Shown: in pieces, positions 1 to 11,171 of the stretch
Layout: every line of letters starts with the position of its first letter
Position numbering within the stretch: the stretch's first letter is position 1
From: Candidatus Cloacimonadales bacterium
Lineage (GTDB): Bacteria > Cloacimonadota > Cloacimonadia > Cloacimonadales > JAFGVF01
Direction: 5' to 3'
Length of the DNA: 64,000 nucleotides
Assembly (NCBI GenBank): GCA_963677495.2
Contig: CAXXOU010000001.1
Span: 192,001-256,000 of the forward strand
The notes under the pieces: model-generated
The model's database searches: none
Seen by the model: the letters and a program-made list of their open reading frames with translations, nothing else
Told to the model about the DNA's origin: nothing
Position numbers and translations under genes: made by a program

Positions 1-3000
1 TTTGAGCTTATAGAAATAAACACCGCTTGATACTTTCTTACCATTACTATCTAATCCTTTCCAAACGAAGTTATGAGGTCCGGCTTCCAAAACATCATTA
101 ACGAGAGTTTTAACAAGCTGTCCCCTCTGGTTATAGATTTTAAATTCCGTTGCTGAACGCTCTTTCAAACTAAAGCTGAGAGTAGTTTCAGGATTGAATG
201 GATTTGGATAGTTGTTTTCAAGTGTAGTTGCATTAACTTGATTAACTTCTCCCTCAACTGAAGTAGGCACAAGCACACCTGTGAATACTTCATCGAAAAG
301 GAGATAATCAACTAAGACATCACTAATATCCTGCTGACCAATGTTGTTGAATCTGATTGAAAAGACAGGTTCATCTGTCTGCAGTTCAGTTACACTAAAG
401 CCACCAAGATAGAGTTCTCCGTCAACATTGCTGTTTACCATTACAGGTATATCAGAGAGATTAGAAACTACCTCCACAAACTCAAGTTCTTGAGGATTGT
501 AGTTGAGTTTCATTCCGGTTGAGAAGAAAGCATTATCGCAGAATGCATCAAGTCTCACACCATTTCTATCCGCTGTTAATGGCACAATCTGTGGAACAGG
601 AAGTGCTCTAGTTGCAACACTTGGATAGTTACCTGATGGATCACCTATCGCAATAGCGATGAAGTCACGTGAATGAGGACTATCTAATGTGATAGTTACA
701 TCTTCCGGAGTGAACATCCAGTCACCTGCAGGAAACTCATCGATAAGGTTGATAGCATATTGCACCATAAGTGCAGAGTCATACGCATCAGTCGTATCAT
801 CACCACTAACATCACCTGCAATAATCTGTGAGCTGTTGAAAGCCCATGTATTGAGAGCATATTGTGCTGTAATAGATGCATCATAAGGAGTTACTGTCAG
901 GAACGGTAACGCTTCCTCATGTGTAAGAGTGAATGTATAGTCACCAGCATACATCGGATCAAAGGTAAATGTTCCATCTGTAAGCGTTGTTGCTGCATCT
1001 GACTCAATACCTTCAACAGAGATGTTAACACCTTCTACCGGAGCTGCTTGGTTGTAATAACTCACTGAACCTGATAATGCGTACTTGTTACGAACGGTGA
1101 AAACACCACTTTGCTGTGTAACAGGTATAGTTGCATCGTTGAATACGAAGGAACTGAATCCCATATTACCTGTAGTGAAATCATTCTCACCTGTGTTAAC
1201 ATCAAAGATGATATACACAAGAGCTCCATCGTCAGTGAGTTGGGACACGTTGTATCCATTCACATCAATCTGACCGGGAATGGAGTTGTTATAGTTAGCA
1301 CTCCAAGACTCTGTTAACGTACCTGCTTGCTCAATACCGGTAGCTGTAAGAAGGGTTGGGTCATAAACGAGACTGAACTGCCAAGCTATGAAACCAAAAC
1401 GACTATGAGCGTTTGTGATATTCACAGGCACCATAACCTGAGCACCTGACTCACCATAGGCATCAGCTACTTTAGCTGTAACAGGTCCTACCATCACTTG
1501 TTCACTTGAATAGGCAGTGAACGCAGGATTAGTTCCATCATCTATCACTGCAGAGATATAATAAAGTCCGAAAGGAACTGTTGATACATCCCATGTGTAA
1601 GAATCAGTCGCTGAGTCCTCATGAAGATTAGTTATAATTGTAGTACCTGCATCAGTATTTGTTGGAGTATAACCAAGAGTGATGATAGCATCATCATCAA
1701 GGTCATAGTCTGACCAGTTAATCTCAACAGTGTCCGGGTTCAAAGTAAGAACATCCGGTGTTAAGATAGCAATCTGAGGTTCGAGGTTAATAAGTGTAGC
1801 ACCTGCAGTTGGCTCTACCATCATAGGGCTACTGTAATCTGAGAGACCATTAGTCATAGTATAGAGTTCGTTCTCTATGCTTTCAGTTGTTCCCCACCAG
1901 TTCATAGTTAAATCAACTGACAATGATGTATTGAGATTTACGACCTGATAGTTTAAACCACCAATATCATACTCAATCTCACTTATACGACCATTGTATG
2001 AATATATCGAGTATCCGTTACAAAGAACTCTAATTGAGTTTGTAGTTAAAGCTGTATTAATATCAAACCACTGGTTGAAGTTTGTATCTGAGCTTGTGTT
2101 TGTTCTAGTATAACTCCAGAAGTTATTACTGTTTGTGTCATAAGCTCTGAAATAATAATCATCAGAAGAGCCGTTATGATCAGCATAACCGGAAGCATGA
2201 ATTCGAGTTATCAGGTTCAAAGGCAACATTGTAGTATAGAATGCACTATAACTACCTGCTGAATACAGATGACTTGATGGAATATCCTCATTGAAAACGT
2301 ACGCTGCCGGATTCTCTCCATTACCTGATATAGAACAGGTGTTGAAGGTCATGTTAGCATCATTCATGAAGAGTATACCACCATTACCGTTACCGGAGAT
2401 AATACAACTGCTAGCTGTTCCATCGTAATCACCATTCAGAACAACACCGAATACAGCATTATCACTAATTGTGCATTCAGATATTGTTCCTGTATGCCCG
2501 ATAACACCCTGTTCATCAAGTGAGATACCCATCTCATTGTTATATGAAACTGAGCTATTCAAGAGTGTGAAGTCACTATTTGCTACTTTTAAACCACATT
2601 CCTGATTACTAACAAGACGGGAATTTTGAATTGTAATGTTCACAGTTCCTTGAACTGCAATACCATCAGATCCGTTATCACTAACGAACACGCCATCAGC
2701 CAATATAATAGCATCAGTGTTTGCATAGATTCCGTCGTCACCACAGTTAGTGATAACAACATCAGTAAGAGTTAACTGACCTGAAACTGAATCATTTGCA
2801 ACGATACCGATGTTTGCACAATCTTCAATTACAACATCTGTTAATGAAAGGAACTTACCTTCCTCAGTAACAGCATCGTAAGCATATTGAATTACAGCAT
2901 GATCAATTGTACTATAAACACTGGTAGGATTATCGTGTGTGATACCTTGCCAGTCACCCGGTTGTGGGTTAGTTTCCCAAGATGTGAAGACAACAGGATT

Positions 3001-3258
3001 GGCTTCTGTACCATTAACATCTATTCGACCATTGATAATGAAGTCAATATCACCAACACCATCGTTGGCAATGTCAATCTTAAGGAATGAAACAGTTACA
3101 CCCTCTTCGATTGTGAGAGTAATATCTGTATCAATCCATACATCACCGGTAATCAGGACATCTGAGTCCCAAACAGTGTTCTGTGTTATATGACCAGAGA
3201 AGGCGTTAAGTGATAATCCGATAACTGCTAATACAAGTATAAATAGTGTCTTTTTCAT
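1..3258 (-). CDS. Large secreted protein (right-handed beta-helix, cohesin, dockerin-like, FlgD-Ig/T9SS-like CTD); 3' end runs off the window; missing from the ORF track
   Basis: Manual translation from ATG at 3258, overlapping the upstream TAA and preceded by GGAGG: MKKTLFILVLAVIGLSLNAFSGHITQNTVWD...TVTPYDASITAQYAL...AGDVSGDDTTDAYDSALMVQY...NYPNPFNPETT...SSGVYFYKLK. Collinear paralog of 7373..10693. Confidence 0.9.
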   Translation of the reverse strand, partial: MKKTLFILVLAVIGLSLNAFSGHITQNTVWDSDVLITGDVWIDTDITLTIEEGVTVSFLKIDIANDGVGDIDFIINGRIDVNGTEANPVVFTSWETNPQPGDWQGITHDNPTSVYSTIDHAVIQYAYDAVTEEGKFLSLTDVVIEDCANIGIVANDSVSGQLTLTDVVITNCGDDGIYANTDAIILADGVFVSDNGSDGIAVQGTVNITIQNSRLVSNQECGLKVANSDFTLLNSSVSYNNEMGISLDEQGVIGHTGTISECTISDNAVFGVVLNGDYDGTASSCIISGNGNGGILFMNDANMTFNTCSISGNGENPAAYVFNEDIPSSHLYSAGSYSAFYTTMLPLNLITRIHASGYADHNGSSDDYYFRAYDTNSNNFWSYTRTNTSSDTNFNQWFDINTALTTNSIRVLCNGYSIYSYNGRISEIEYDIGGLNYQVVNLNTSLSVDLTMNWWGTTESIENELYTMTNGLSDYSSPMMVEPTAGATLINLEPQIAILTPDVLTLNPDTVEINWSDYDLDDDAIITLGYTPTNTDAGTTIITNLHEDSATDSYTWDVSTVPFGLYYISAVIDDGTNPAFTAYSSEQVMVGPVTAKVADAYGESGAQVMVPVNITNAHSRFGFIAWQFSLVYDPTLLTATGIEQAGTLTESWSANYNNSIPGQIDVNGYNVSQLTDDGALVYIIFDVNTGENDFTTGNMGFSSFVFNDATIPVTQQSGVFTVRNKYALSGSVSYYNQAAPVEGVNISVEGIESDAATTLTDGTFTFDPMYAGDYTFTLTHEEALPFLTVTPYDASITAQYALNTWAFNSSQIIAGDVSGDDTTDAYDSALMVQYAINLIDEFPAGDWMFTPEDVTITLDSPHSRDFIAIAIGDPSGNYPSVATRALPVPQIVPLTADRNGVRLDAFCDNAFFSTGMKLNYNPQELEFVEVVSNLSDIPVMVNSNVDGELYLGGFSVTELQTDEPVFSIRFNNIGQQDISDVLVDYLLFDEVFTGVLVPTSVEGEVNQVNATTLENNYPNPFNPETTLSFSLKERSATEFKIYNQRGQLVKTLVNDVLEAGPHNFVWKGLDSNGKKVSSGVYFYKLK

Positions 3259-6200
3259 TATCTAACCTCCTCTCTTTTATTTTCTGAGAGATATCTGATA
3301 AATGCCTCTCTTGTATTTGTAACGCGACTTTGACGTGCTCCCTCAACTGCTGTTACTTTGTAGAACAGATGAGTTGAGATTGAGTTTAGAATACCTGAAT
3401 GTGTAAAGCTGGTATCAGCACTACTGCTATCACCATCATACTCAGTAATACTATAGCTATCGTCTATTTCGAAGTCAGGATCACTTGTTGAGTAAACTTC
3501 ATATCCGGTAATAGTCATTGGGTCACCGTTAGTATTCGTAGCAACAGGATCCCAAGTGAGGACTACATCATTACCAGTAGTTGTAATCACGATATTCTGT
3601 GGAACTGCCGGAGCAAAGCTACCTTCTGTTGTATTTGATGCTTCCATTGCAGAAAGCAGAGAAGCATTACCCGCAGAGTCAAGCGCACGGATTTTGAAGT
3701 AATATGTTGTACCGGGATTCAAACCGGTGACTCTGGAAGAGGTGAAACCTGCACCAATGTTTGCAAGGGTAGGGTCATCTGAAAGTCCCCAAACCATATC
3801 ATCAGTGGTAACACCTGCATGAGTTGCATAGTAAACTTCATAATTAGTGAAGTGAAGGTCACTTGAACTTGTCCAGTAGACATCAATAGCATCTGAACCT
3901 GCTGAGTATGCTACTACAGTAGAAATCTGAGTAGGAAGTACTGAGTCAATTGCAACGTAGTAGTCATCAGCAATGCCTTCCTGACAGCTACTTCCTGAGT
4001 AAACTGGTCCATAACCATCAACATCCCAAGCACGGAGCTCGAATGGTAGCATTTCACCATCTACATCATAGGTAACATCAACACGTACTACTGCTTGAAG
4101 GTTTCTATCTCTGCCAACACGACCTTGATAGTTAACCCAAACCTCTTCTGCATCATAAGCACCGTTTCCATTCGCATCTATACGATACTGGATTGAACTT
4201 TCGTCGATACCGAAGTAGTCTTCGAAAGTGCAACCAACTGTTACAGTTCTGCTGTTACCAAGAGTTGGAGTCTCTGGATATGGAGCAGAGCAAGTAGGTA
4301 AGTCACTACGTGGAACAGAAGCAACTTCGTCTGAGAGTAGTGAGTTGTTTCCGGCTGTATCATTAGACATGATAGCAAAGTAGTACATTGTGCCTGCTTG
4401 CAGACCTGTTACGGTAGTTGTATCTGTAGTGATATTAGCTAGGTTAGAATCGTTAATCTGATTCCATTCCATATCTGATGTAGTTACACCTTCTGTCTGG
4501 CTGTAGTATACTAAATATTCATTGAAATGAAGCTCAGTTACAGGAGTCCAGCTAAGTGTAAGTGTTGTACCGTCATAAGCTGTAACTAGCAGGTCAGAAA
4601 CCTGAGTTGGAGCGATAGTATCGATTGCAACATGGTAGTCGTCAGCGATACCTTCTTGATTTGAAGTACCACTATAGACCATAGGAGAACCAATCTCATC
4701 TTGAGCTCTGAACTCAAAGTAAAGCATCTCACCATCTGCATTATATGTTACATTCTCACGAATAACAAGCTCGATTCCATCACTGTAACCGGTTACATCT
4801 ATCCAACTTTCCTCTCCGTCATAAGTACCGTTACCATTAGCATCAATACGATACTGAACTGATTCAGCATCTACAAGGAAGTCATCAGTGATAGTAACAC
4901 CGATTTCAACAGTACGAGAAGCTTGAAGCTCAGTTGCTGGTTGAGTTGGATAAGGAGTTGTAATTATCACAGGGTCAGCAACAATGCATTCAACTGTATT
5001 TGAAATATCACTAACATTGCCCCAAACATCAACACCACGAATAGCAATGTAATACTTAGTATTGAAGTTAACTGGAGTAATTGTAGTAAGAACTGTGTTT
5101 ATATCTCCAAGGTTAGCGTCATCGCTAACACCCCAAACAGGGTCGTTAAAGATGTTAATCACACTTGAAGTTGAATAGAACAGCTCATAATAATCGAAGA
5201 ACTGATCAGTAGTTGGAGACCAACTCAGTGTGATTGTATCATTTGTAAAGCTGTCAACATCCAAATCAGTAATAACAGTAGGAGGAGTTGAATCAGCAAC
5301 TCTACCACTAATCACTACATCATCGATAGTCCAACTTGCACCCAAATTAATGAATGAGTTGAAGTACCATCTGAACTGAACATAAGATGCAGCATCGAAA
5401 TTATATGTTACATTTCCGGAAGTGCTTGCATTAAATGTTGCAAGGTTCTGGAATGTTGTTCCATTATTGGTTACCTGAAGATAAGCACTCGCATTATCCC
5501 CATGAGCATAGTTATGATTAAATGAGATTGTCAACTCTGAATAACCTGAAAGGTCGTATACAGGAGATAACAGCTTCTCATCTGAACTTTGAAGTACACC
5601 ATTAGCAACATACATGTTCCAGTCAACACCTGCTTCATTAACAGGTGTCCATGGTGAAACTGTATTACCTGCATGCTGAGTACTCCAACCTGTTGGTAAT
5701 GCACCACCATGGTTAAAGTCCTCGGTCATACTGAAATCACTTACAGTTACCTGAACCACTTCAACTACCTCTTCATTGTAGTCATCTGTAGCCACAACCG
5801 TGATATTCTCTGTTCCATACCAATCTGCTGCAGGAGTTAAAGTAAGAGTGTTATCAACGTTCAATTGATAAGAGATGTTCACATTATCTCTAACCGAATA
5901 GGTTAATGACGAATCAATATCATTGAATATACTATCAAGTGAGACAGTATTATAAGAGCCATTAACAGAGATGACTATTGCACCAATTGTAGCGATAGCG
6001 TAAGGTAAATCGTTAACACTATCCACTGTAACTTGAACTGAAGTATCAACAGAAACACGTGAATGCATATCATCTGCTGTGAAAGTGATTGTTTCATCTC
6101 CAAACCAGTTTTCAAGCGGAGTAAGTGTCACATAGCCATCTACTTCAGAAACACTGATATTAGCATTACCTGACCAAGAATAGCTTAACATGTCACCATC

Positions 6201-7343
6201 AACATCACCGAATACCTGGTTCAAATCAATACTTGCATCTACTCCATCTTCCTGAATTGTTATTGGACTGATTGTATTAACAACATAAGGAGCATCATTC
6301 ACATTAAGAACTGTGATCAATACAACTTCATCTGTTGATCTCATGTTAGTATCAGCAGCAATAAATATTATCTCCTCGGTTCCATGCCAGTCAGGGGCAG
6401 GAGTAAGAGTTACAAGTCCATTCACGATGCTAACACCAATATTTGAAGCACCGAAGTAATCGAATGTCAGATAATCACCGAACTCAATATCGTAATCAGT
6501 GAATACGTTGTTCAAATCAATGCTTGTATCGACTGTATCTTCATCAAAGCTGAAATCAGCAATCGGATTCTCTACCACAGGTGGCTGAGTAACATTATTG
6601 ATTACTAAATCAAAGCTTTCACTATCTGTTAGAAGATCTTCATTCTCAACAGAAACTGTCAGGTTGTATGTACCACCATCAAGATAATCGGTTTGCCAAG
6701 TGATAGTACCTGTGCCATCACCGTTATCTACAAAAGAAGCACCTGTCGGTAGAGCAGTATCCATAGTCAAACTCAATGCAAGGTTCAATGGATCATGTGC
6801 TATGAGATCAAATGATACTAAATCATTCTCATCGTAAGTAACAGTTCCCGGATTATCTAACCAAGGGTCAGGGTCTCCGTGGAAGACTATTCCATCATCG
6901 ACTACTGCGCTTGGTGAACCTTCATTAAAGTAGAAATAATCAAATTCAAGATCAGTTCCGGTTCCGAAAGCTCCTGTAATTGCGAATGCCAGGTTAGCAA
7001 AGTTACCGTTTGCACCAATCTCGTCTGTACCCCAGATAGCGAGGATTACCTCACCTGGGGTATTACTATTACTGTTCAACTGTGCTACTCCCGGCAAATC
7101 ACTACCGGTAGTTACATCTGTAAGAGTAACCACAGTTGTATCATAAGTAATCTTTGTGTATAATGAGTAGATTACCTCTGAGTCAACTCCTGTAATATTG
7201 AGTGGAACTGTAATATCTCCACCGGAAGGATAACAGTTGTCACTAAGACTAACTGATATCTCCGCTAAAAGTGTTCCACTAATAGTAGTTAGGAGTAAAA
7301 CCAGTAGAGCTAATCTCCGTGGAATCCTAAATACTTTATTCAT
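3258..7343 (-). CDS. Large secreted multidomain protein: N-terminal cohesin, cadherin/Ig-like repeats, several fibronectin type III modules; no CTD
   Basis: Signal peptide; cohesin-like TVPLNITG...KITYDTTVV...FNEG; repeated IDLNxVFxDxD...VTLTPxxxWxGxExIxxxAxD units; three DxxxPTxIxD...WxxxxDxxFxxYxVYY FN3 units; two YRIDANGNGxYD...QEGIADDY repeats. Confidence 0.85.
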   Translation of the reverse strand: MNKVFRIPRRLALLVLLLTTISGTLLAEISVSLSDNCYPSGGDITVPLNITGVDSEVIYSLYTKITYDTTVVTLTDVTTGSDLPGVAQLNSNSNTPGEVILAIWGTDEIGANGNFANLAFAITGAFGTGTDLEFDYFYFNEGSPSAVVDDGIVFHGDPDPWLDNPGTVTYDENDLVSFDLIAHDPLNLALSLTMDTALPTGASFVDNGDGTGTITWQTDYLDGGTYNLTVSVENEDLLTDSESFDLVINNVTQPPVVENPIADFSFDEDTVDTSIDLNNVFTDYDIEFGDYLTFDYFGASNIGVSIVNGLVTLTPAPDWHGTEEIIFIAADTNMRSTDEVVLITVLNVNDAPYVVNTISPITIQEDGVDASIDLNQVFGDVDGDMLSYSWSGNANISVSEVDGYVTLTPLENWFGDETITFTADDMHSRVSVDTSVQVTVDSVNDLPYAIATIGAIVISVNGSYNTVSLDSIFNDIDSSLTYSVRDNVNISYQLNVDNTLTLTPAADWYGTENITVVATDDYNEEVVEVVQVTVSDFSMTEDFNHGGALPTGWSTQHAGNTVSPWTPVNEAGVDWNMYVANGVLQSSDEKLLSPVYDLSGYSELTISFNHNYAHGDNASAYLQVTNNGTTFQNLATFNASTSGNVTYNFDAASYVQFRWYFNSFINLGASWTIDDVVISGRVADSTPPTVITDLDVDSFTNDTITLSWSPTTDQFFDYYELFYSTSSVINIFNDPVWGVSDDANLGDINTVLTTITPVNFNTKYYIAIRGVDVWGNVSDISNTVECIVADPVIITTPYPTQPATELQASRTVEIGVTITDDFLVDAESVQYRIDANGNGTYDGEESWIDVTGYSDGIELVIRENVTYNADGEMLYFEFRAQDEIGSPMVYSGTSNQEGIADDYHVAIDTIAPTQVSDLLVTAYDGTTLTLSWTPVTELHFNEYLVYYSQTEGVTTSDMEWNQINDSNLANITTDTTTVTGLQAGTMYYFAIMSNDTAGNNSLLSDEVASVPRSDLPTCSAPYPETPTLGNSRTVTVGCTFEDYFGIDESSIQYRIDANGNGAYDAEEVWVNYQGRVGRDRNLQAVVRVDVTYDVDGEMLPFELRAWDVDGYGPVYSGSSCQEGIADDYYVAIDSVLPTQISTVVAYSAGSDAIDVYWTSSSDLHFTNYEVYYATHAGVTTDDMVWGLSDDPTLANIGAGFTSSRVTGLNPGTTYYFKIRALDSAGNASLLSAMEASNTTEGSFAPAVPQNIVITTTGNDVVLTWDPVATNTNGDPMTITGYEVYSTSDPDFEIDDSYSITEYDGDSSSADTSFTHSGILNSISTHLFYKVTAVEGARQSRVTNTREAFIRYLSENKREEVR

Positions 7344-7372
7344 ATATCCTCCGGTTTATCCCTAATCGAGGA

Positions 7373-10300
7373 TTACTTCAAGAGAGCCATTTTACGGACT
7401 GCTGAATATGATCCTGCATCCATTCTATAGAAATAAACACCGGAAGCTACACTGTTGCCATTGTCAGTTCTACCATTCCAAACAACACTGTGAGTTCCTG
7501 TTTTGTAGAGTTCATTAGTAAGAGTTCTAACCTTCTCACCCTTGATATTGTAGATATCAATCTTAACTTCACTATCAGTAGGAACTGAGAAGCTGATTGA
7601 TGTTTCAGGGTTGAATGGGTTAGGGTGGTTACCATTAAGAGCAAAACTTACTGGAGTAATAACTTCCTCATCTGTACCAGTTGGTGCTTCGAAGATACCA
7701 CCGGCAATTTCATCTATTGCGAAGTATTCAACTTCTACTGTAGATTGTGCTACATTACCAGTAAAGATAAGAGTAGCTACTGAACCTGCGTTAGCTTCAT
7801 CAACATCCCAAGCTGAAAGCATGATGTTTCCATTATTAGCTTCAAACTCACAGTTTGAGTCACTGAGCTGGTTAGCAAAAACAACATCAGTCAAAGTAAG
7901 CTCTTCTCTATAGTTGATTGAACCGATAACTGAGTAGAAGTTCTCATCAGAACTAATTTCAAGAATATATTCACCATTAGTATTAGGTGTAAGTACTACA
8001 GGTTGAGTATTAAACTCAATTGCCCTTTCAGCTGAACCGGGATAGTTACCTGAAGGGTCGCCAATCACGATTGCACTGAAGTCAGCTGTTTCATCTGCTT
8101 CAAATATTTCAATGCTTGTACTTTCTGGTGAGAACATCCAAGTTCCACCTGGAAGCTCAGTTATAATACCAAGTGCATACTGAGCCATTAAAGCAGAGTC
8201 ATATACTGATACTGAGCCATTTCCACTTGCATCAGCAGCTATAACCTGATTTGGGTTGAATACTTCAAGTCCAAGTGAATATCTTGCAGTAAGAGCTGCG
8301 TCGTATGGAGTAACTGTTAAAGCTGGAATTGCAATATCAGTTGATGGAGTTACAACATAGTTACCTGTAGATACGTCAGCAAAGGTATATGTTCCATCAG
8401 CAGCTGATGTCTCAACTTCATCGTCATCACCTGTTAATGTAAGAGTTACACCCGGAAGTGGATTGCCTGTTCCGAAGTATGATACAGTACCATCAATATC
8501 GTATTTGTTATAAACAGTAAATAAGCCATTGTGTTGTACTACCGCTTCAGCTGTTTCATTGAAGACGAAGTTAGTGAAGTTGAGCTGACAGTTATCATAG
8601 TCACTGGCATTACCTGCAACAGTCATATTAACATAAAGGAGAGTTCCACCTTCTTGTAATGCTGTAGTATTGAAACCATTGATTACGATTTCACCAACTG
8701 TACCTGCATTATAGTTCACACTCCAGTTCTCTGTAAGAGTTCCGGCAGTTGTAACATCAATTGCAGTAAGCAATGTGAAGTCATAAGTAATAGTGAACTG
8801 GAATGAAAGAATATTGTATTGTGGAATTGAGTTAGTAATGAATACAGGGATAGCAACTGTTTCACCTGCAGCACCTGTTTCATCTTGTGTAATTCCTGCA
8901 CTAAGTGGTCCAACCATAACCTGACCTGCAGCATAATCCATAACAGGAGCATTAACTCCATCATCAATCACAGCATAGATATTATATAAACCATGTGGGA
9001 TGTCAGTGAAATCCCAAGTATAACTGTTTGTTGCAGAATCTTCGCTAATATCAGTAGCAAAAGCTGTACCTGTATAATCTAAACCATCATCATAATAAAG
9101 AGAAATTGTTGCATTATCATCAACATCGATATCCATCCATGTGATGTCATAAGATGTTGGGTTCAACTCTAATGAAGTTGGAGTGTAGAGATCAATTGTT
9201 GGGGCTAAGTTAGGTAAGTTACAAGCAGAACCATCCATATTAGCAACCTGAAGGTTAGTGTAGCTAACAGTTCCATTATTAAGTTGTGTAACTAAGCTAT
9301 TCACACCTGTGATCTGTCCCCACCAGTTGTATTCTGCATTCACAACTTGTGTTTCATTAATACAAGTAAAATCATTAATGTAGGATGTAAGGTCATATCT
9401 CAACTCAGTACAACGTCCCCAAGGAGTACCACTGTAATAGTATGCATATACTCTAATTCTGATGCTTTGACTTGTGCTTGTTGTATTAATATCAAACCAT
9501 GAATTAAGGTTAGTATCATAGGATGAATTGTTTCTTAAATATGTCACTAGTGCATTAGAGTTCTCATCATAAAGATAAAGATTATAATCAGAAGATGAGC
9601 TGTAATGGTCCATCCAACCTGACATCCTTGCCTGTGTCATTAAGTTAACAGGGAATTTTGTTGTATAGTAGTTTGAATAACCATTAGAGCCTGAATAATA
9701 CAAGCTACTTGATGGAATATCTTCAGTAAAAATATATGTTGTTGGAGGATTAGTAACGTTACCATAGATATTACTATAATTCACTGTAGGAGCAGCTTCT
9801 GTTTGAACCCAAACTCCAGCCCAGGCATTATCTGTGATTGTTGAATAAGTAATATCACCAACAGCATCTGTTTCATAAAGAGCACCCATTTTACCATTGT
9901 TTGTAATACAACAGTTATCAAAATCAGCATCAGCTGAAGCACCTGTTATAAATACACCATTCAAAGTATTGTCTGAAATGTCAGTATTGGAGAATGTAAT
10001 TATTGCATTCGTTACGTTGATACCGTTATCACCATTATTAATAGCCCCTGAGTTATCAAAAGTAACGTTCTGCGAATTAGTTATATCAAAACCATATCTA
10101 CCATTTGAAGAAGAGATAACACCATCACCGTTTACAATCGCATCTGAAAGTATTATCATACCATCAGTAGTATTGTTAAAGATAATAGTATTATTGATTG
10201 ATGTCAGACCTGAATATGAATCTGTTACTTTAACACCAAAGTCATTACAATAAGCAATAACACAGTTATTCATTGTCACGTACTTTGCATCAACGTGTAT

Positions 10301-10693
10301 ACCTTCATCTGCATAGTATACTTGCATGTAGTTAAGCACTGAGTAGATAGCTCCTGAGTTACTGAATGTAATACCTGACCAATCTGAAGGAGCAGGACTA
10401 GTTTCTAAAGAAGTAAAGATTACTTCATTACCATCAGCACCATTTACGATTAGGCGACCATCAACAACAAAACGTGTATCACCAATGCCATCAAGGTCAT
10501 TATCAATTTTAGGAAAAGTAACAGTTACACCTGCATTGATTGTTAGTACAGCCCCGTCATCAATAAACAAGTCCCCGGTAATTGTTTGATCTGTGTCCCA
10601 GACCACGTTGTCAGTAATATGCCCCGATACTGCCCAACTAAGTGTAGCTGCCAGTAGAAAAAGCATGAAAATAGTTAAATTCTTTCTCATCAT
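7373..10693 (-). CDS. Large secreted protein (right-handed beta-helix, cohesin, dockerin-like, FlgD-Ig/T9SS-like CTD)
   Basis: Signal peptide; NxxxG beta-helix repeats; cohesin-like GETVAIPVFITN...FQFTITYD; dockerin-like VTPYDAALTARY...ADASGNGSVSVYDSALMAQY; C-terminal NHPNPFNPET...ASGVYFYRM...RKMALLK. Confidence 0.88.
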   Translation of the reverse strand: MMRKNLTIFMLFLLAATLSWAVSGHITDNVVWDTDQTITGDLFIDDGAVLTINAGVTVTFPKIDNDLDGIGDTRFVVDGRLIVNGADGNEVIFTSLETSPAPSDWSGITFSNSGAIYSVLNYMQVYYADEGIHVDAKYVTMNNCVIAYCNDFGVKVTDSYSGLTSINNTIIFNNTTDGMIILSDAIVNGDGVISSSNGRYGFDITNSQNVTFDNSGAINNGDNGINVTNAIITFSNTDISDNTLNGVFITGASADADFDNCCITNNGKMGALYETDAVGDITYSTITDNAWAGVWVQTEAAPTVNYSNIYGNVTNPPTTYIFTEDIPSSSLYYSGSNGYSNYYTTKFPVNLMTQARMSGWMDHYSSSSDYNLYLYDENSNALVTYLRNNSSYDTNLNSWFDINTTSTSQSIRIRVYAYYYSGTPWGRCTELRYDLTSYINDFTCINETQVVNAEYNWWGQITGVNSLVTQLNNGTVSYTNLQVANMDGSACNLPNLAPTIDLYTPTSLELNPTSYDITWMDIDVDDNATISLYYDDGLDYTGTAFATDISEDSATNSYTWDFTDIPHGLYNIYAVIDDGVNAPVMDYAAGQVMVGPLSAGITQDETGAAGETVAIPVFITNSIPQYNILSFQFTITYDFTLLTAIDVTTAGTLTENWSVNYNAGTVGEIVINGFNTTALQEGGTLLYVNMTVAGNASDYDNCQLNFTNFVFNETAEAVVQHNGLFTVYNKYDIDGTVSYFGTGNPLPGVTLTLTGDDDEVETSAADGTYTFADVSTGNYVVTPSTDIAIPALTVTPYDAALTARYSLGLEVFNPNQVIAADASGNGSVSVYDSALMAQYALGIITELPGGTWMFSPESTSIEIFEADETADFSAIVIGDPSGNYPGSAERAIEFNTQPVVLTPNTNGEYILEISSDENFYSVIGSINYREELTLTDVVFANQLSDSNCEFEANNGNIMLSAWDVDEANAGSVATLIFTGNVAQSTVEVEYFAIDEIAGGIFEAPTGTDEEVITPVSFALNGNHPNPFNPETSISFSVPTDSEVKIDIYNIKGEKVRTLTNELYKTGTHSVVWNGRTDNGNSVASGVYFYRMDAGSYSAVRKMALLK

Positions 10694-11171
10694 AGACTCC
10701 TTTTTACATCATCAATTTTGTTATTTTTTTAGATTATATCTCCTATTTCCTTAGCGTTCAATCTTAGTTATTCAGCTAAATTATAGTCAAGTTAAAATGT
10801 GCTTCTATCGCTGTAACTTTATTATTATTACAGTCTTAATGAGTAAGAATCATTTTCCAGCAACATTCTACTTAGCATATAAAGAATAAATTACGTTCTT
10901 CTGCTATCTATAGTTTCTATTACAGACAAATATTTTAACACTGCAAGTTTTCCCCTCATACAGCAATTAAGCATGAACATAAATCTTAATGAACACATAT
11001 AAAATTTGCATAAGTCCGATCATTTCTATTAAACCGTCTTCATCTTTCACCTTTACTTATCTTGCCTTGATAACGTTCGAATCTACTTAGAACTTGTTTA
11101 TCTCTAGTTGATTCATTTTTTCCTTCATTATCCCAATATTGTTAACTGGAACTCTTTATGTAATCTCATCA

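Noticed and set aside
689..3193. Short track ORFs within 1-3258, and similar short ORFs overlapping long genes across the window
   Set aside because: Shadow frames of well-supported long genes.
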